Position numbers and translations under genes: made by a program
Assembly (NCBI GenBank): GCA_041652055.1
Contig: JBAZIE010000001.1
Coordinates: forward strand, 133,380-197,379
Direction: 5' to 3'
DNA from: Sulfurimonas sp.
GTDB lineage: Bacteria; Campylobacterota; Campylobacteria; Campylobacterales; Sulfurimonadaceae
DNA length: 64,000 nt
In this document: piece after piece, positions 39,239-49,406 of the stretch
Layout: each line of letters starts with the position of its first letter
How positions within the stretch are numbered: the stretch's first letter is position 1
Notes under the pieces: generated by a model
Databases searched by the model: none
Told to the model about the DNA's origin: nothing
Seen by the model: only the letters and a program-made list of their open reading frames with translations

Positions 39239-40966
39239 CTAAAGAGCAGCTTTTACTTTTTGAATATGCTCTAAAAAGAGTTTTTTATCTTTATATCCAG
39301 AGAGGCGGTAGTTTTTGAGCTCTTTTTTGTCGCTATTGTAAAAGACAATGCCGGGAGGTCCAAAAAGAGAGTATTTTTTTAGCATCTCTATATCAAAATC
39401 TGTGTTATCGGTAATATCTACCTTAATTCTCTCAAACTCCCCAACCTCCAAAGCTACATCCGGTTTGCTAAATACATCTGCATCAAGCGATTTGCAGTTG
39501 TCACACCATTTAGCCGTAAAATAGACCATAACGGGCTTAGATGAGTCCAGCACTGCGCTTCGAAGCTCTTTTGCACTTATGGTTTTAAAAGTGACCTCTA
39601 AAGGTAAAATCACAGAGTTTTTTGATGTAAAAGGCGCAAGCGGAGAGGTAACACTTTTTGCACCGCCTATTGCTCCAACTATCAAAACAGCGCCATATAT
39701 GAGAGCTAGAATTGATACCAATTTTTTTAACTGCTGCATGCGGCTTACATATACACTTGTCATGTTTTCAAACGGATTCATAAAAATTGCTATCGCAACA
39801 AGCAAGATTCCCCAAAAAAGCAGTATGGTTTGAGCTTCTAATATGCGAGAGAGTAGCCAGATAGAAAAGGCAATCATCGTAAAACTGAAAAAGAGCTTTA
39901 CATCCTCCATCCACACACCTGGTTTTGGCAGAAATTTACCTGCACCAGCACCAAGAAGAAGAAGCGGCACGCCCATTCCAAGGCTCATAAAAAATAGAGA
40001 AAGACCCCCAATGAGCTCGTTTCCGCTCTGCCCAATATAGATAAGAGCTCCTGCAAGAGGAGGTGCAACGCATGGACCCACTATCAGAGCCGACAAAACA
40101 CCTAAAAGTGTTATGCTATTGTATGATTTGCCACTGCCTGAGGACGCTTTGCGGTTAAGAAAAGATTGAATTTTTGTTGGCATCTCAATTGTAAATGTTC
40201 CAAACATAGCAAGACTAAGTATAAAAAAGATGGAGCTGACACTTACTATAATCCAAGTCTGCTGGAAAAATGCCTGTATATTGCTACCAAGCGATGCCGC
40301 TAAAACACCCGCCATTGCATAGACAACAGACATTGAGACGACATAAGTCAGAGATATCAAAAATCCCTGTTTTGTGTCTACGCGCTCTTTTTTTGAAATT
40401 ATAACCGCAGAGAGTATCGGTATAACGGGAAGCATGCACGGAGTAAATGCAAGAAGCAATCCAAAGCCAAAAAATGTTATAAGAGTAAGAAGCAGGTTGC
40501 TCTCTTCAAGCATACTTACAACCATATCCTGCTCACTCATGATATCTTCTGGCAACTCTTTTTTTTCTACATTTTGTTTTGGAAGTTTAAACTTTTGCTT
40601 GAATGTTTGCGCACCAGAGCATTTATGCTCTTTTGAGCATGCTTCATATTTTAGCTCTATCGAGAACTCTTCATCACTTTTGCCCTCAATAACAGCTTTT
40701 ATATTTACACTGTTTAAAAAGACATCTCGATTTTCAAATTTCACAGAGTCTGGATAAAAGATGCTGCTGATTGCAACATCATTCCCATGAACAACAACAT
40801 CAAGACTCTCTTCTAAAATATAGATGTCATCATCTAGCGACATGTTCAAATCAAAGCTGTTTTGATTTTGCACTATCTTTATTGATGGCAAATCAGTGCT
40901 GCAAAAAGCAATTATGGGTAAAAAAAATGCAGTGATAGCAAAGTTTAAAATATATTTTTTAAAAAT
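39239..40966 (-). CDS. dsbD: Thiol:disulfide interchange protein DsbD
   Basis: Alpha-domain C-x5-C (ACSKEHKC), TM FTPCMLP and GPCVAPP, thioredoxin WCDNC. Frame is open upstream of 40891 to an ATT at 40966 with an AAGGA RBS and a signal peptide; the start codon is inferred. Confidence 0.9.
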   Translation of the reverse strand: MFKKYILNFAITAFFLPIIAFCSTDLPSIKIVQNQNSFDLNMSLDDDIYILEESLDVVVHGNDVAISSIFYPDSVKFENRDVFLNSVNIKAVIEGKSDEEFSIELKYEACSKEHKCSGAQTFKQKFKLPKQNVEKKELPEDIMSEQDMVVSMLEESNLLLTLITFFGFGLLLAFTPCMLPVIPILSAVIISKKERVDTKQGFLISLTYVVSMSVVYAMAGVLAASLGSNIQAFFQQTWIIVSVSSIFFILSLAMFGTFTIEMPTKIQSFLNRKASSGSGKSYNSITLLGVLSALIVGPCVAPPLAGALIYIGQSGNELIGGLSLFFMSLGMGVPLLLLGAGAGKFLPKPGVWMEDVKLFFSFTMIAFSIWLLSRILEAQTILLFWGILLVAIAIFMNPFENMTSVYVSRMQQLKKLVSILALIYGAVLIVGAIGGAKSVTSPLAPFTSKNSVILPLEVTFKTISAKELRSAVLDSSKPVMVYFTAKWCDNCKSLDADVFSKPDVALEVGEFERIKVDITDNTDFDIEMLKKYSLFGPPGIVFYNSDKKELKNYRLSGYKDKKLFLEHIQKVKAAL

Positions 40967-40999
40967 CTGCTATCCTTGTGACGCGTTTTTATGCTTATG

Positions 41000-41578
41000 C
41001 TACTGATGTGCGTTTGCAGTTTTGATAGCTTCTATAACCTTGTTATAATTAGGCTCTTTTGCAATATCTGAAACTATCTCTTGGTAAACTACTCTTCCGT
41101 TTTTTCCAACAACAAAAATCGCTCTGACAAGAAGTCCTGTGAGTTCGCCACTAGTAATCATAACACCATACTTCTCGCCAACTTCTCTGTAAGCAAAATC
41201 AGAAGCGATAGATATATTTTTGATTCCCTGTCCCTTGCAAAAACGGTCATCTGCATAAGGTAAATCCATTGAGACAACTGTCATATCCACGCCGTCAAAC
41301 TGCTTTATCTCATCATCAAATCTTTTTGATTGAGCGGAGCAGATAGGAGTGTCAATTGATGGCACGGTCGCAATAACTTGAACCCTATCAGTTTTTCCGC
41401 CGACTGTTTTTATGGCAAAATCAGGTTCAGTTACTCGTGCAACTGGAGCCTTTGAGCCAACAGAGGGAAAATTACCCTTTACTTTAACTACCTCACCTCC
41501 GTAGTTAACAAAAACATCAGCACCCATACAGAGTGTTGAGAAAAGAACAGAAATAAAAAACATTGAAGTTTTTTTCAT
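41000..41578 (-). CDS. tpx: Thiol peroxidase Tpx with N-terminal signal peptide
   Basis: PSIDTPIC, SMDLPYA..RFC, RAIFVV, EPNY; N-terminus MKKTSMFFISVLFSTLCMG. Confidence 0.88.
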   Translation of the reverse strand: MKKTSMFFISVLFSTLCMGADVFVNYGGEVVKVKGNFPSVGSKAPVARVTEPDFAIKTVGGKTDRVQVIATVPSIDTPICSAQSKRFDDEIKQFDGVDMTVVSMDLPYADDRFCKGQGIKNISIASDFAYREVGEKYGVMITSGELTGLLVRAIFVVGKNGRVVYQEIVSDIAKEPNYNKVIEAIKTANAHQ

Positions 41579-41656
41579 TAGCTAGCGCCCCTTTTTTTTA
41601 AATCTAAGAATTATAGCAAATTATAAACTATATGCAAACTACAATATAATAAAAAA

Positions 41657-42211
41657 TTATGCTTTTTTTGCTACGATAGCCGCCACTTTTACTCTCTCGC
41701 CTCTTAAGTTTGTGTCGACTCTCTCTTCATAATAAATAACGTCAAGCCCTATAAAAGAGTGCAAAAGCTCATTTTTACGCAAAAGATAATCAAGATTTGT
41801 CGTCGGCATTTTAAAGTCTCCATGTGCAACTATAAATGTCTCAAAAATCAAAACTCCACCGCCCTTAAGCGCATCTTTCATCTGTGAAACAAGACGGCGA
41901 TTAAGGTAGTTAACATTTACTATCAAGTCATATTTGTTTGGAGTTAGATTATATTTGTCCAAATCCGTATCTATTTTGTTAATCATGGCGCTCTTTTTTA
42001 CTTTATTAAGCGCATAGTCCGATATATCAACCGCATCGACTGTAAATCCTAAATCTGCCAAATAGTGCGTATTGCGCCCAGTACCGCATGCTACGTCTAT
42101 TGCGTGACCCACCTTTGCGTGTCCTATATACTTCTCTACCAAAGGAGAAACCTCTTGTGGCATTGGATTGTCCAAGTATCTCTCATTCCATCTCTGTTTA
42201 TCTTCTTGCAT
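41657..42211 (-). CDS. Class I SAM-dependent methyltransferase (TehB-like)
   Basis: RWNERY, DVACGTGRN, AVDIS, LKGGGVLIFE, LLRKNEL. Confidence 0.88.
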   Translation of the reverse strand: MQEDKQRWNERYLDNPMPQEVSPLVEKYIGHAKVGHAIDVACGTGRNTHYLADLGFTVDAVDISDYALNKVKKSAMINKIDTDLDKYNLTPNKYDLIVNVNYLNRRLVSQMKDALKGGGVLIFETFIVAHGDFKMPTTNLDYLLRKNELLHSFIGLDVIYYEERVDTNLRGERVKVAAIVAKKA

Positions 42212-42223
42212 CTAAACCCCTTT

Positions 42224-43372
42224 TTAAGATAATCTGTTTCTATAATCTTGATATCCAAACTCTTTTATTACATCGAGAGTTTTATCTTCCCTTAGTATAA
42301 CTAATGATGGTAATTTTATACCGTTGAATGTCGTATTTTTTACAAAAGTGTAGTGAATTTGGTCTTCAAATATAACTTTATCGCCTACTTTTAGAGGCTC
42401 ATCAAAAGAGTAATCACCCATGATGTCACCAGCAAGGCATGTGTTTCCGCCAAATCTATATGTATATTTTTTTTCTCCAGCCTCACCGCTTCCGCGAACC
42501 ATCGCACGATAAGGCATTGCAAGAGTATCAGGCATGTGAGCCTCTGCAGAGGTATCTAAAATAACTATATCCATGCCGTTATGAACGATATCTAGCACGC
42601 TGCTCACTAAAACCCCTGTCTGCCATCCAACCGCCTCTCCAGGCTCTAAATAGACGTCAACACTGTACTTTTCTCTAAAATCTTTAATGATTTTTATTAG
42701 CTTCTCAACGTCGTAGCCTTTTTTTGTTATATGATGTCCGCCGCCAAAATTTATATACTTCATCCCCTTAAAGTATTTTGAGAATTTTGCCTCAAAGGCT
42801 TTCAAAACATCTTCAAGTGCATCAACATCCTGCTCGCAAAGCGCATGAAAATTAAGTCCATCTATATGCTCCAAAACTCTCTCGTCAAAATTTGCCAGTG
42901 TTGTACCAAGACGGCTGTATAGTCCGCATGGGTTATAGATATCTTTTGGCGAAGATGACTGCTCAGGGTTGATTCTTAGCGATAAACTCACGGCAGAATT
43001 TATTTTTTTTACTCTATCGCAATATTTAAAAAGCTGATTTGGCGAGTTAAATACGATATGCTCGGATATACGCGCTATCTCATCTATATCCTCATCTTTA
43101 AACGCAGGAGAGTATGTATGAACCTCAAGATTTTTATCATCCTGCGCAAACTCCTCTCTTGCAAGCAGCGCCTCATGAAGTCCGCTTGAAGTACACCCTT
43201 TTAGGTACTGCTTTACAAGCGGAAACGTGCTCCACATCGCAAAACCTTTTAGTGCCAAAATAACTTTAGCGCCGCTCTCTTTTTGTACACGGTTTAAAAT
43301 TTCAAGATTATTTCTTAAAAGAGACTCATCGCACATGTAGTACGGAGTGCTTAATTTGTCAAAGTTTTTCAT
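42224..43372 (-). CDS. nspC: Carboxynorspermidine/carboxyspermidine decarboxylase
   Basis: LALKGFA, SRLG, FHALCEQ, NFGGGHHIT, LEPGEA, HMPD, CLAGD, TTFNG. Confidence 0.95.
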   Translation of the reverse strand: MKNFDKLSTPYYMCDESLLRNNLEILNRVQKESGAKVILALKGFAMWSTFPLVKQYLKGCTSSGLHEALLAREEFAQDDKNLEVHTYSPAFKDEDIDEIARISEHIVFNSPNQLFKYCDRVKKINSAVSLSLRINPEQSSSPKDIYNPCGLYSRLGTTLANFDERVLEHIDGLNFHALCEQDVDALEDVLKAFEAKFSKYFKGMKYINFGGGHHITKKGYDVEKLIKIIKDFREKYSVDVYLEPGEAVGWQTGVLVSSVLDIVHNGMDIVILDTSAEAHMPDTLAMPYRAMVRGSGEAGEKKYTYRFGGNTCLAGDIMGDYSFDEPLKVGDKVIFEDQIHYTFVKNTTFNGIKLPSLVILREDKTLDVIKEFGYQDYRNRLS

Positions 43373-43393
43373 ATTATATTCACTCTTTTTTTA

Positions 43394-44245
43394 CTATTTT
43401 TTTGTCAATCTGTTTACAACAACTTTACTGTATTGCTCTTTTACTCTCTTGGCGATATGCTCAAAATCATCCGCGTCAAGTCCCATATCTTGCACTATCT
43501 CGCAAGCCTCTTTTATAGAATCTGGAGTTAAGATATATTTTGGATTTATGGCAACCCTAACGGCGTCAAGCGAGTCAATATAGCTCTTTACTTTTGGACT
43601 TGGATTTGTTTCAAAATCAAGACCTTTTAGTATCTCTACATACAACGGCTCAAACTTCCAGTGCTCAAAAAGCAGCGCCGAGAGATAGTACGTAGTAGTT
43701 CCCAGCAAGTTGTGCTCATACTCGATAGGACTTTTTGTATTTCTGTATCCTATGGTAAACTGTTTTGAGTAGTTGCTTTTCATAACTTCATTGGCTAGAA
43801 CAAGCTTTCCCGACTCCATAATAAGAGCAAGAGGCGCCATAAACTGCGCATGTCTGAGGTCAACTCTAGAGTACCACTGCATCATAAGAGAGCTTTGAAG
43901 CTGGCAGACGTCATTAAATCTTTTGTTATCGATACCGTATATCTCGGTATCGGCTCTTAAGCGCTCTCCGATTGCATATTTCAGAACAAGTCCGTAAATC
44001 TCATCCGTTCCAAAAAGAGTAACCGCCTGAGAAATAGAGGCGATTCTCCTTGAAAAGCCATACACCGGGTCGTTTATCATTTTTAAAATATTAGCAGCCA
44101 GAGTAGCATCGTTTTCTATAACCTTTACAAGCCTTATAATATCGATATTTTGGTGACCGCAGCTATATATTTGCTGTATAACAAAAGGTGTATTTGATAG
44201 CGGCGGCAGCGACTCAATTTCAGTTATTATATGCTTAAAGGTCAT
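43394..44245 (-). CDS. HDOD domain protein
   Basis: SLPPL, D.TLAANILK..N.P.YG, ISQAVTLFG, ESGKLV, HWKF. Confidence 0.88.
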   Translation of the reverse strand: MTFKHIITEIESLPPLSNTPFVIQQIYSCGHQNIDIIRLVKVIENDATLAANILKMINDPVYGFSRRIASISQAVTLFGTDEIYGLVLKYAIGERLRADTEIYGIDNKRFNDVCQLQSSLMMQWYSRVDLRHAQFMAPLALIMESGKLVLANEVMKSNYSKQFTIGYRNTKSPIEYEHNLLGTTTYYLSALLFEHWKFEPLYVEILKGLDFETNPSPKVKSYIDSLDAVRVAINPKYILTPDSIKEACEIVQDMGLDADDFEHIAKRVKEQYSKVVVNRLTKK

Positions 44246-44248
44246 ATA

Positions 44249-45433
44249 CTATGCTTCTAGCTCTTTTATCTGCCAAGGAAGACCTTGAGTATTCATCTCT
44301 TCCATAAAAGGATCAGGATTCATCTGTTCCATGTTAAACACGCCAACTCCGCTCCAGATGCCTTTTAACATAAGCTTTGCGCCTATCATTGCAGGAACTC
44401 CAGTTGTGTATGAAACACCTTGAGAGTTTGTTTCGCGGTAGCACTCTTCATGGTCTTTTACCTGATAGATATAGATTTTTCTCTTTTTACCGTCTTTGAT
44501 TCCCTCTGCGACAATACCGATGTTTGTTTTGCCTTTTGTTCGAGGACCCAAAGATGCAGGGTCAGGAAGCAGAGTTTTTAAGAACTCAATCGGAGTTATC
44601 ATCATACCCTTATGCTCAACCGGTTCTATGCCCAGCATGCCGACATTTTGAAGAACTTCCATATGCTTTATGTAGCTCTGTCCGAATGTCATAAAAAATC
44701 TGATTCTCTTCAAGCCTTTAATATGCTTTACAAGCGACTCCATCTCTTCGTGGTAAAGCAGGTAGCTGTCTTTTGGTCCAACCTCTGGGTAATCCCAAAC
44801 CTGCATAATCTCTAACGGCTTCGTCTCAATCCACTTGCCGTTCTCCCAGTATCTGCCGTTTGCGCTAACTTCACGAAGATTTATCTCAGGATTAAAGTTT
44901 GTTGCAAAAGCGTAACCGTGATCACCTGCATTACAGTCCAAAATATCTATGGTGTGAATCTCATCAAAGTAATGTTTTTGAGCATAAGCACAAAATACGT
45001 TCGTTGCCCCTGGGTCAAAACCGCTTCCCAAAAGCCCCATGATGCCGGCTTCTTTAAACTTCGCATCTCTCTCCCACTGAAGTTTATACTCAAACTTCGC
45101 TTCATCTGGGTGTTCATAATTTGCAGTGTCAAGATATGGAGTTTTTGTAGCAATACATGCATCCATAATCGCTAAATCTTGGTATGGCAGAGCCACATTT
45201 ATCACGATACTCGGTTTGCATGAGTTTATCAGTTTTATAACTGCATCCGCAGAGTCTGCATCAACTGTTGCTACTTCTATATCAGCATCTGGAAGTTCTT
45301 CTTTTATATCTTGGCATCTCTTAAGTGTTCTGCTTGCCAGTACAATTTTCCCAAAAACATCCGCATTTTGTACGCACTTATGTACAACTACACGGCTTAC
45401 TCCGCCTGCACCAATAATCAATGTTGTTCTCAA
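44249..45433 (-). CDS. Carboxynorspermidine dehydrogenase (saccharopine dehydrogenase family)
   Basis: IGAGGV, NVALPYQD, DTANYE, GFDPG, ATNFNPEINLRE, SYTTGVPA; near nspC. Confidence 0.93.
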   Translation of the reverse strand: MRTTLIIGAGGVSRVVVHKCVQNADVFGKIVLASRTLKRCQDIKEELPDADIEVATVDADSADAVIKLINSCKPSIVINVALPYQDLAIMDACIATKTPYLDTANYEHPDEAKFEYKLQWERDAKFKEAGIMGLLGSGFDPGATNVFCAYAQKHYFDEIHTIDILDCNAGDHGYAFATNFNPEINLREVSANGRYWENGKWIETKPLEIMQVWDYPEVGPKDSYLLYHEEMESLVKHIKGLKRIRFFMTFGQSYIKHMEVLQNVGMLGIEPVEHKGMMITPIEFLKTLLPDPASLGPRTKGKTNIGIVAEGIKDGKKRKIYIYQVKDHEECYRETNSQGVSYTTGVPAMIGAKLMLKGIWSGVGVFNMEQMNPDPFMEEMNTQGLPWQIKELEA

Positions 45434-45449
45434 ATTTATATCCTTTAAA

Positions 45450-47264
45450 TCAACTTTTTAATTTTATAACTCTGTCTCTAAGCTCATCTGCTCTAATTTC
45501 TTCTGAAATAGGCTCTCCAAAGGTAAGCGTTATCTCCCTCTTTTTTAAAAAACATCTTTTTGCATCGCCTTTGTGCCTTGCAAAAAGGCTTCCAAAAACG
45601 CCCTCTATATGAAACGGCACAATGGCCGCATCGCCTCTATCTATAAACTCATAGCCTCTGTAAAATTTTGCGATGTCAGAATTTCTAGAAATTTCACCCT
45701 CTGGAAATATGGCGACTATTTTACCATCTTTTAATTTCATTGAGGTTTCAAAAAAGGAATCTTTTGAGGCTTTTTTTGATACCGGAATCAACTCAGCCAA
45801 CTTAAAAACTCTGTTTACAAACTTCCAGTTGTATATATCCTTCTCTATCATAAAACTTATCCGCCTCTCAATGGGCAATTGAAGGATAAACCAATCAATC
45901 CAGCTTACATGGTTTCCCATAAGCATTACTGCGCCATTTTGCGGTATATTCTCCAACCCTGTGTAGTTAAATCTGTATCTTATCTTAAATAAAAACTCCA
46001 AAAATGTCCAGCATGTCATTACAAAATATCTTTTAAATAGTATCACGGCAAGACAAACTCCAACAAAACTCATCAGATAAAAAAGGATTTGTGCATCTGC
46101 TCCAAAATATGCGAAGAGTGTTGTCAGCATTAAAAAAGAGAACATAAAAAGCGTTTGAACAAAGTTATTTCCGGCCAAAATAGTTCCTAAATGTACATTT
46201 GGAGAGAGATATTGTATCTTTGCATTTAGCGGTACTATCAACAAACCGGAGAAGAGACCAAAAAACATAAACTCTATTGCCAAAAACAGTATAGAAGTCG
46301 TGGCTGGAATACAAAGCAGAATAACGATGATACAAAAAGCGCTAATAGCAGACAAACCTGTATTTATATAATATTTTGAGAAGTTTGCCGCCATAATTGA
46401 GCCGAGCACTATGCCTAAAACCGCAAGCGCCATAACTCCCTGAACAAGAGATGCACTTGTAATTCCCAGCTCACTCTTTGCATATTCGCCAAAAATAGCC
46501 AGAACCACCTGAGATATTGACCAAAAAAGACTAAGCGCTATTATTGCGTCAAATATCTCTTTTTTTCGCATAATCATAATCATGTTTTTTCTAAGATACG
46601 CACCGCTAAAATATCTCTTAAATCTAAACTTCCGCTCGCTTGCTTCTGTCATCATGTTTGGCAGTTTTGATGCCAAAAAATACTCTATAACCGAACCCAA
46701 AACCAGAAGCCATCCGAGCGGTGCCACAATCTTTAAAATATCCTCTTTGGTGTTAAGGTTATCTCCAAGCAGAGCTTCAAATAGCACCGTGTAAAAAATA
46801 ATCCCTAAAAGTATCGCGGCTGTTGTAGTTGCCTGAACCGCTCCGTTTCCGGCAGTTATAAACTTTATGCCTACAAGTTCTTTTATATATCCGTATTTTG
46901 CAGGTCCATAAATGGCACTTTGAAGTGCGAGCAAAAAAGTCATGGCAAATGCGGCAAAAAACCAGCCTTGATAGTAGAAATATGTAATTATAAGCGTAAT
47001 AGCTACTGCAAGAAGTGACGAGTATTTCATAATAATGTTTTTTGCAAATCTGTCTGCTAAAAAACCCGCAGGAGAGAATGCCAAAATAAATGGCAAAAGT
47101 ATAAGCGCATTTACAACTGCACTAAGTATTATTTGAGTTGTCCCGTCATACACTTTAAAAACAGTGTTTTGTATGATTATCTTATGCCCTAAATCTGTAA
47201 AAGCATTTAAAAAAGCAACAACTAAATAGTTTACAACTCCGACAATAGCAAACATACTCTTCAT
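45450..47264 (-). CDS. MFS (LplT-like) transporter fused to a PlsC acyltransferase domain (Aas-like, no AMP-binding domain)
   Basis: 12-TM MFS with GFLADRF and QSAIYGPAKYG; NHVSWID and IFPEGEIS; ends after the PlsC domain. Confidence 0.88.
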   Translation of the reverse strand: MKSMFAIVGVVNYLVVAFLNAFTDLGHKIIIQNTVFKVYDGTTQIILSAVVNALILLPFILAFSPAGFLADRFAKNIIMKYSSLLAVAITLIITYFYYQGWFFAAFAMTFLLALQSAIYGPAKYGYIKELVGIKFITAGNGAVQATTTAAILLGIIFYTVLFEALLGDNLNTKEDILKIVAPLGWLLVLGSVIEYFLASKLPNMMTEASERKFRFKRYFSGAYLRKNMIMIMRKKEIFDAIIALSLFWSISQVVLAIFGEYAKSELGITSASLVQGVMALAVLGIVLGSIMAANFSKYYINTGLSAISAFCIIVILLCIPATTSILFLAIEFMFFGLFSGLLIVPLNAKIQYLSPNVHLGTILAGNNFVQTLFMFSFLMLTTLFAYFGADAQILFYLMSFVGVCLAVILFKRYFVMTCWTFLEFLFKIRYRFNYTGLENIPQNGAVMLMGNHVSWIDWFILQLPIERRISFMIEKDIYNWKFVNRVFKLAELIPVSKKASKDSFFETSMKLKDGKIVAIFPEGEISRNSDIAKFYRGYEFIDRGDAAIVPFHIEGVFGSLFARHKGDAKRCFLKKREITLTFGEPISEEIRADELRDRVIKLKS

Positions 47265-47269
47265 AACTG

Positions 47270-47989
47270 CTAACCTTGATTATCTACTAAAACGGTGCTC
47301 CAGCCCTCATAATATCCATGCTCTTTTTTAATAAGAGCGTAAAGCTCCTCTACAATTGCCCTGACCTCTTCATTTTTCACATTGTGCTTCTTCACCAAAG
47401 CCACGCCGTGCTCAAACTCTTCGCTGCTGATATCGTCTTTAAATTCAAATCCGCATGACAAAACACTCTGCACAAATCTCTCTTTTTGAGTAGCAGTCTC
47501 AAACGAGACGTAATGCTCAACGTCTCTAGGAGTTTCAAGCACATCGCCCTCTTCTTCTAGCAGAAATATTATCTTGTCACTCTCAATATTGTAAAGCTCC
47601 AGCTCTGTAGGATATATATATTTATGGTAAAAATCCCACTTTGCGTCTTTTACAACGCTGCTCTCATACTTGTAGCCGCTATCACGAAGCATCTTCGTAA
47701 CAATAACTTCGAGATTTTTAGCGCTTCTTGCATAGAAGTAGAACTCATTCCACTCATCTTTGAGTCTTGAGCCGATATATTTCGCAATGTTATCGTATTC
47801 TAATGCAATGATTAGAGACTCTTTTGTTTCTAAAAAGTTTTCAAAGTTCTCGCTCTCTTCATCAAGATTGCCAAACTTTACAAAAACGCTAAAAAGCCAC
47901 GGATAGAGCTCTTTTTCGTCCTCTAAATCAACCTCTGCCTCAATATTTACAACTTCGCCATCTTCAATTCTGCTAAATAATTCTCTCAT
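47270..47989 (-). CDS. DUF695 / RraB-like domain protein
   Basis: EFYFY, D.KWDFY..Y.YP, GD.LETPR.VEH, G.YEGW; acidic. Confidence 0.75.
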   Translation of the reverse strand: MRELFSRIEDGEVVNIEAEVDLEDEKELYPWLFSVFVKFGNLDEESENFENFLETKESLIIALEYDNIAKYIGSRLKDEWNEFYFYARSAKNLEVIVTKMLRDSGYKYESSVVKDAKWDFYHKYIYPTELELYNIESDKIIFLLEEEGDVLETPRDVEHYVSFETATQKERFVQSVLSCGFEFKDDISSEEFEHGVALVKKHNVKNEEVRAIVEELYALIKKEHGYYEGWSTVLVDNQG

Positions 47990-48058
47990 TTTTCACTTCA
48001 TAATATTTTTATTTATTATAACCAACTTCAACCTAAAAAAAAGAGATAAACCATTTCT

Positions 48059-48073
48059 TGATAATAATTATCA
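48059..48073. promoter_or_regulatory. Fur box (perfect 7-1-7)
   Basis: TGATAAT-A-ATTATCA, a perfect inverted repeat about 90 bp upstream of the porin gene. Confidence 0.8.
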
Positions 48074-48124
48074 TTTTAATATTAATTTAAGAAAAATGAA
48101 ACTACAATTCTGCATATTGATAAA

Positions 48125-48140
48125 CGATAATGCTTATCAT
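48125..48140. promoter_or_regulatory. Second Fur-like box
   Basis: CGATAATGCTTATCAT, about 20 bp upstream of the porin start. Confidence 0.65.
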
Positions 48141-48159
48141 ATTCAAATAAAGAAAAAAA

Positions 48160-49395
48160 ATGAAATTTTTCAATAACAAATTAGGTTTTAGCATAGTTGC
48201 TGCAATTATGCTCGCAGGAGGCTTACAAGCGGATACTGCTTCGGATATAGCGGAGCTTAAAAAAGAGATAGCAGAGCTTAAAGAGCAGACCAAAACCTTA
48301 ACGGATGAGACAAGCAACCTTCAGATGGGTTTTGGCTACACAACTGTTGACAACGAAGCTTCTCACAGCGGTCTTGGTGCTGCTGCATCAAAAGTGTACT
48401 ACTCAAAATCACCTTTGAGCATCGGCGGTTACGGTGAGATGTACTACTCACACACAAACAAAGAGAGCGGTTCAAACAGCTCTAAAGTTGATGTATATAG
48501 ATTTGTTCCATACATCGGTTATAAATTTAGTGACAATATTCTTTTAAATGTTGAACTTGAATTTGAACACGGCGGAGTGGCAAATGACGGAGGAGACGCA
48601 GAGGGCGGAGAGGTTATAGTTGAGTTTATATATCTTGACTTTCTTATAAACGAATGGGCGAATATCAGAGTCGGTAACATGTTAATGCCGATGGGGCTTA
48701 TAAATGAAAGACACGAACCGACACTTTTTACGACTGTTCAAAGACCAAACACCGCAAAGCAGATAATTCCGACAACTTGGCATGAGAGCGGCGTAATGGT
48801 TTACGGAGATGTTTTTGAAGGATTGGAGTATAAATTTGCAGGAGTTACCGCACTAAATCCGACAATAGACAGCGATACAAGCTGGCTAAGAAGTGCGCGC
48901 GGCGGCTCATTTACAAACAATGACCCAAAACTCGGTTTTGTTGCAAGGCTAGACTATACGGACATTAACGGTCTTTTGGCAGGTGCTTCGGCTTATATGG
49001 ACTCAAATATAAATATGTTCGATATTCATGCAGATTACAAGATAAAAGGATTTAGAGCGTATGGAACATATGCAGAGGCAAAGCGCTCAGACGCATTTGA
49101 GTTGGCGGGTGCACTCTCTCAGGTAAAAGCAAAAGGCGGCTACTTAAACCTTAGTTATGATCTCTTAACGTTAAGTTCATCAAGCGACAAATTGCCATTG
49201 TTTGTTCAATTTGAGAGCGTCAACAGTGCCGATAAAAAAACAGACGGAAGTTCGCTTGATTCTATCGACACAACGACATTTGGCATAAACTACTTTCCGC
49301 ATGATCAGGTTGTACTAAAAGCCGACTATGCGATGCAGAGCCAAGGTGGAGTTGACTCTGACACATTCAGCCTCTCTATGGGATTTATTTTTTAA
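48160..49395 (+). CDS. Outer-membrane porin with N-terminal coiled coil
   Basis: Signal peptide, DIAELKKEIAELKEQ coil, IGGYGEMYY, ELEFEHGG, alternating beta strands, terminal GFIF. Confidence 0.85.
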   Translation: MKFFNNKLGFSIVAAIMLAGGLQADTASDIAELKKEIAELKEQTKTLTDETSNLQMGFGYTTVDNEASHSGLGAAASKVYYSKSPLSIGGYGEMYYSHTNKESGSNSSKVDVYRFVPYIGYKFSDNILLNVELEFEHGGVANDGGDAEGGEVIVEFIYLDFLINEWANIRVGNMLMPMGLINERHEPTLFTTVQRPNTAKQIIPTTWHESGVMVYGDVFEGLEYKFAGVTALNPTIDSDTSWLRSARGGSFTNNDPKLGFVARLDYTDINGLLAGASAYMDSNINMFDIHADYKIKGFRAYGTYAEAKRSDAFELAGALSQVKAKGGYLNLSYDLLTLSSSSDKLPLFVQFESVNSADKKTDGSSLDSIDTTTFGINYFPHDQVVLKADYAMQSQGGVDSDTFSLSMGFIF

Positions 49396-49406
49396 CTGAT
49401 GTTACG

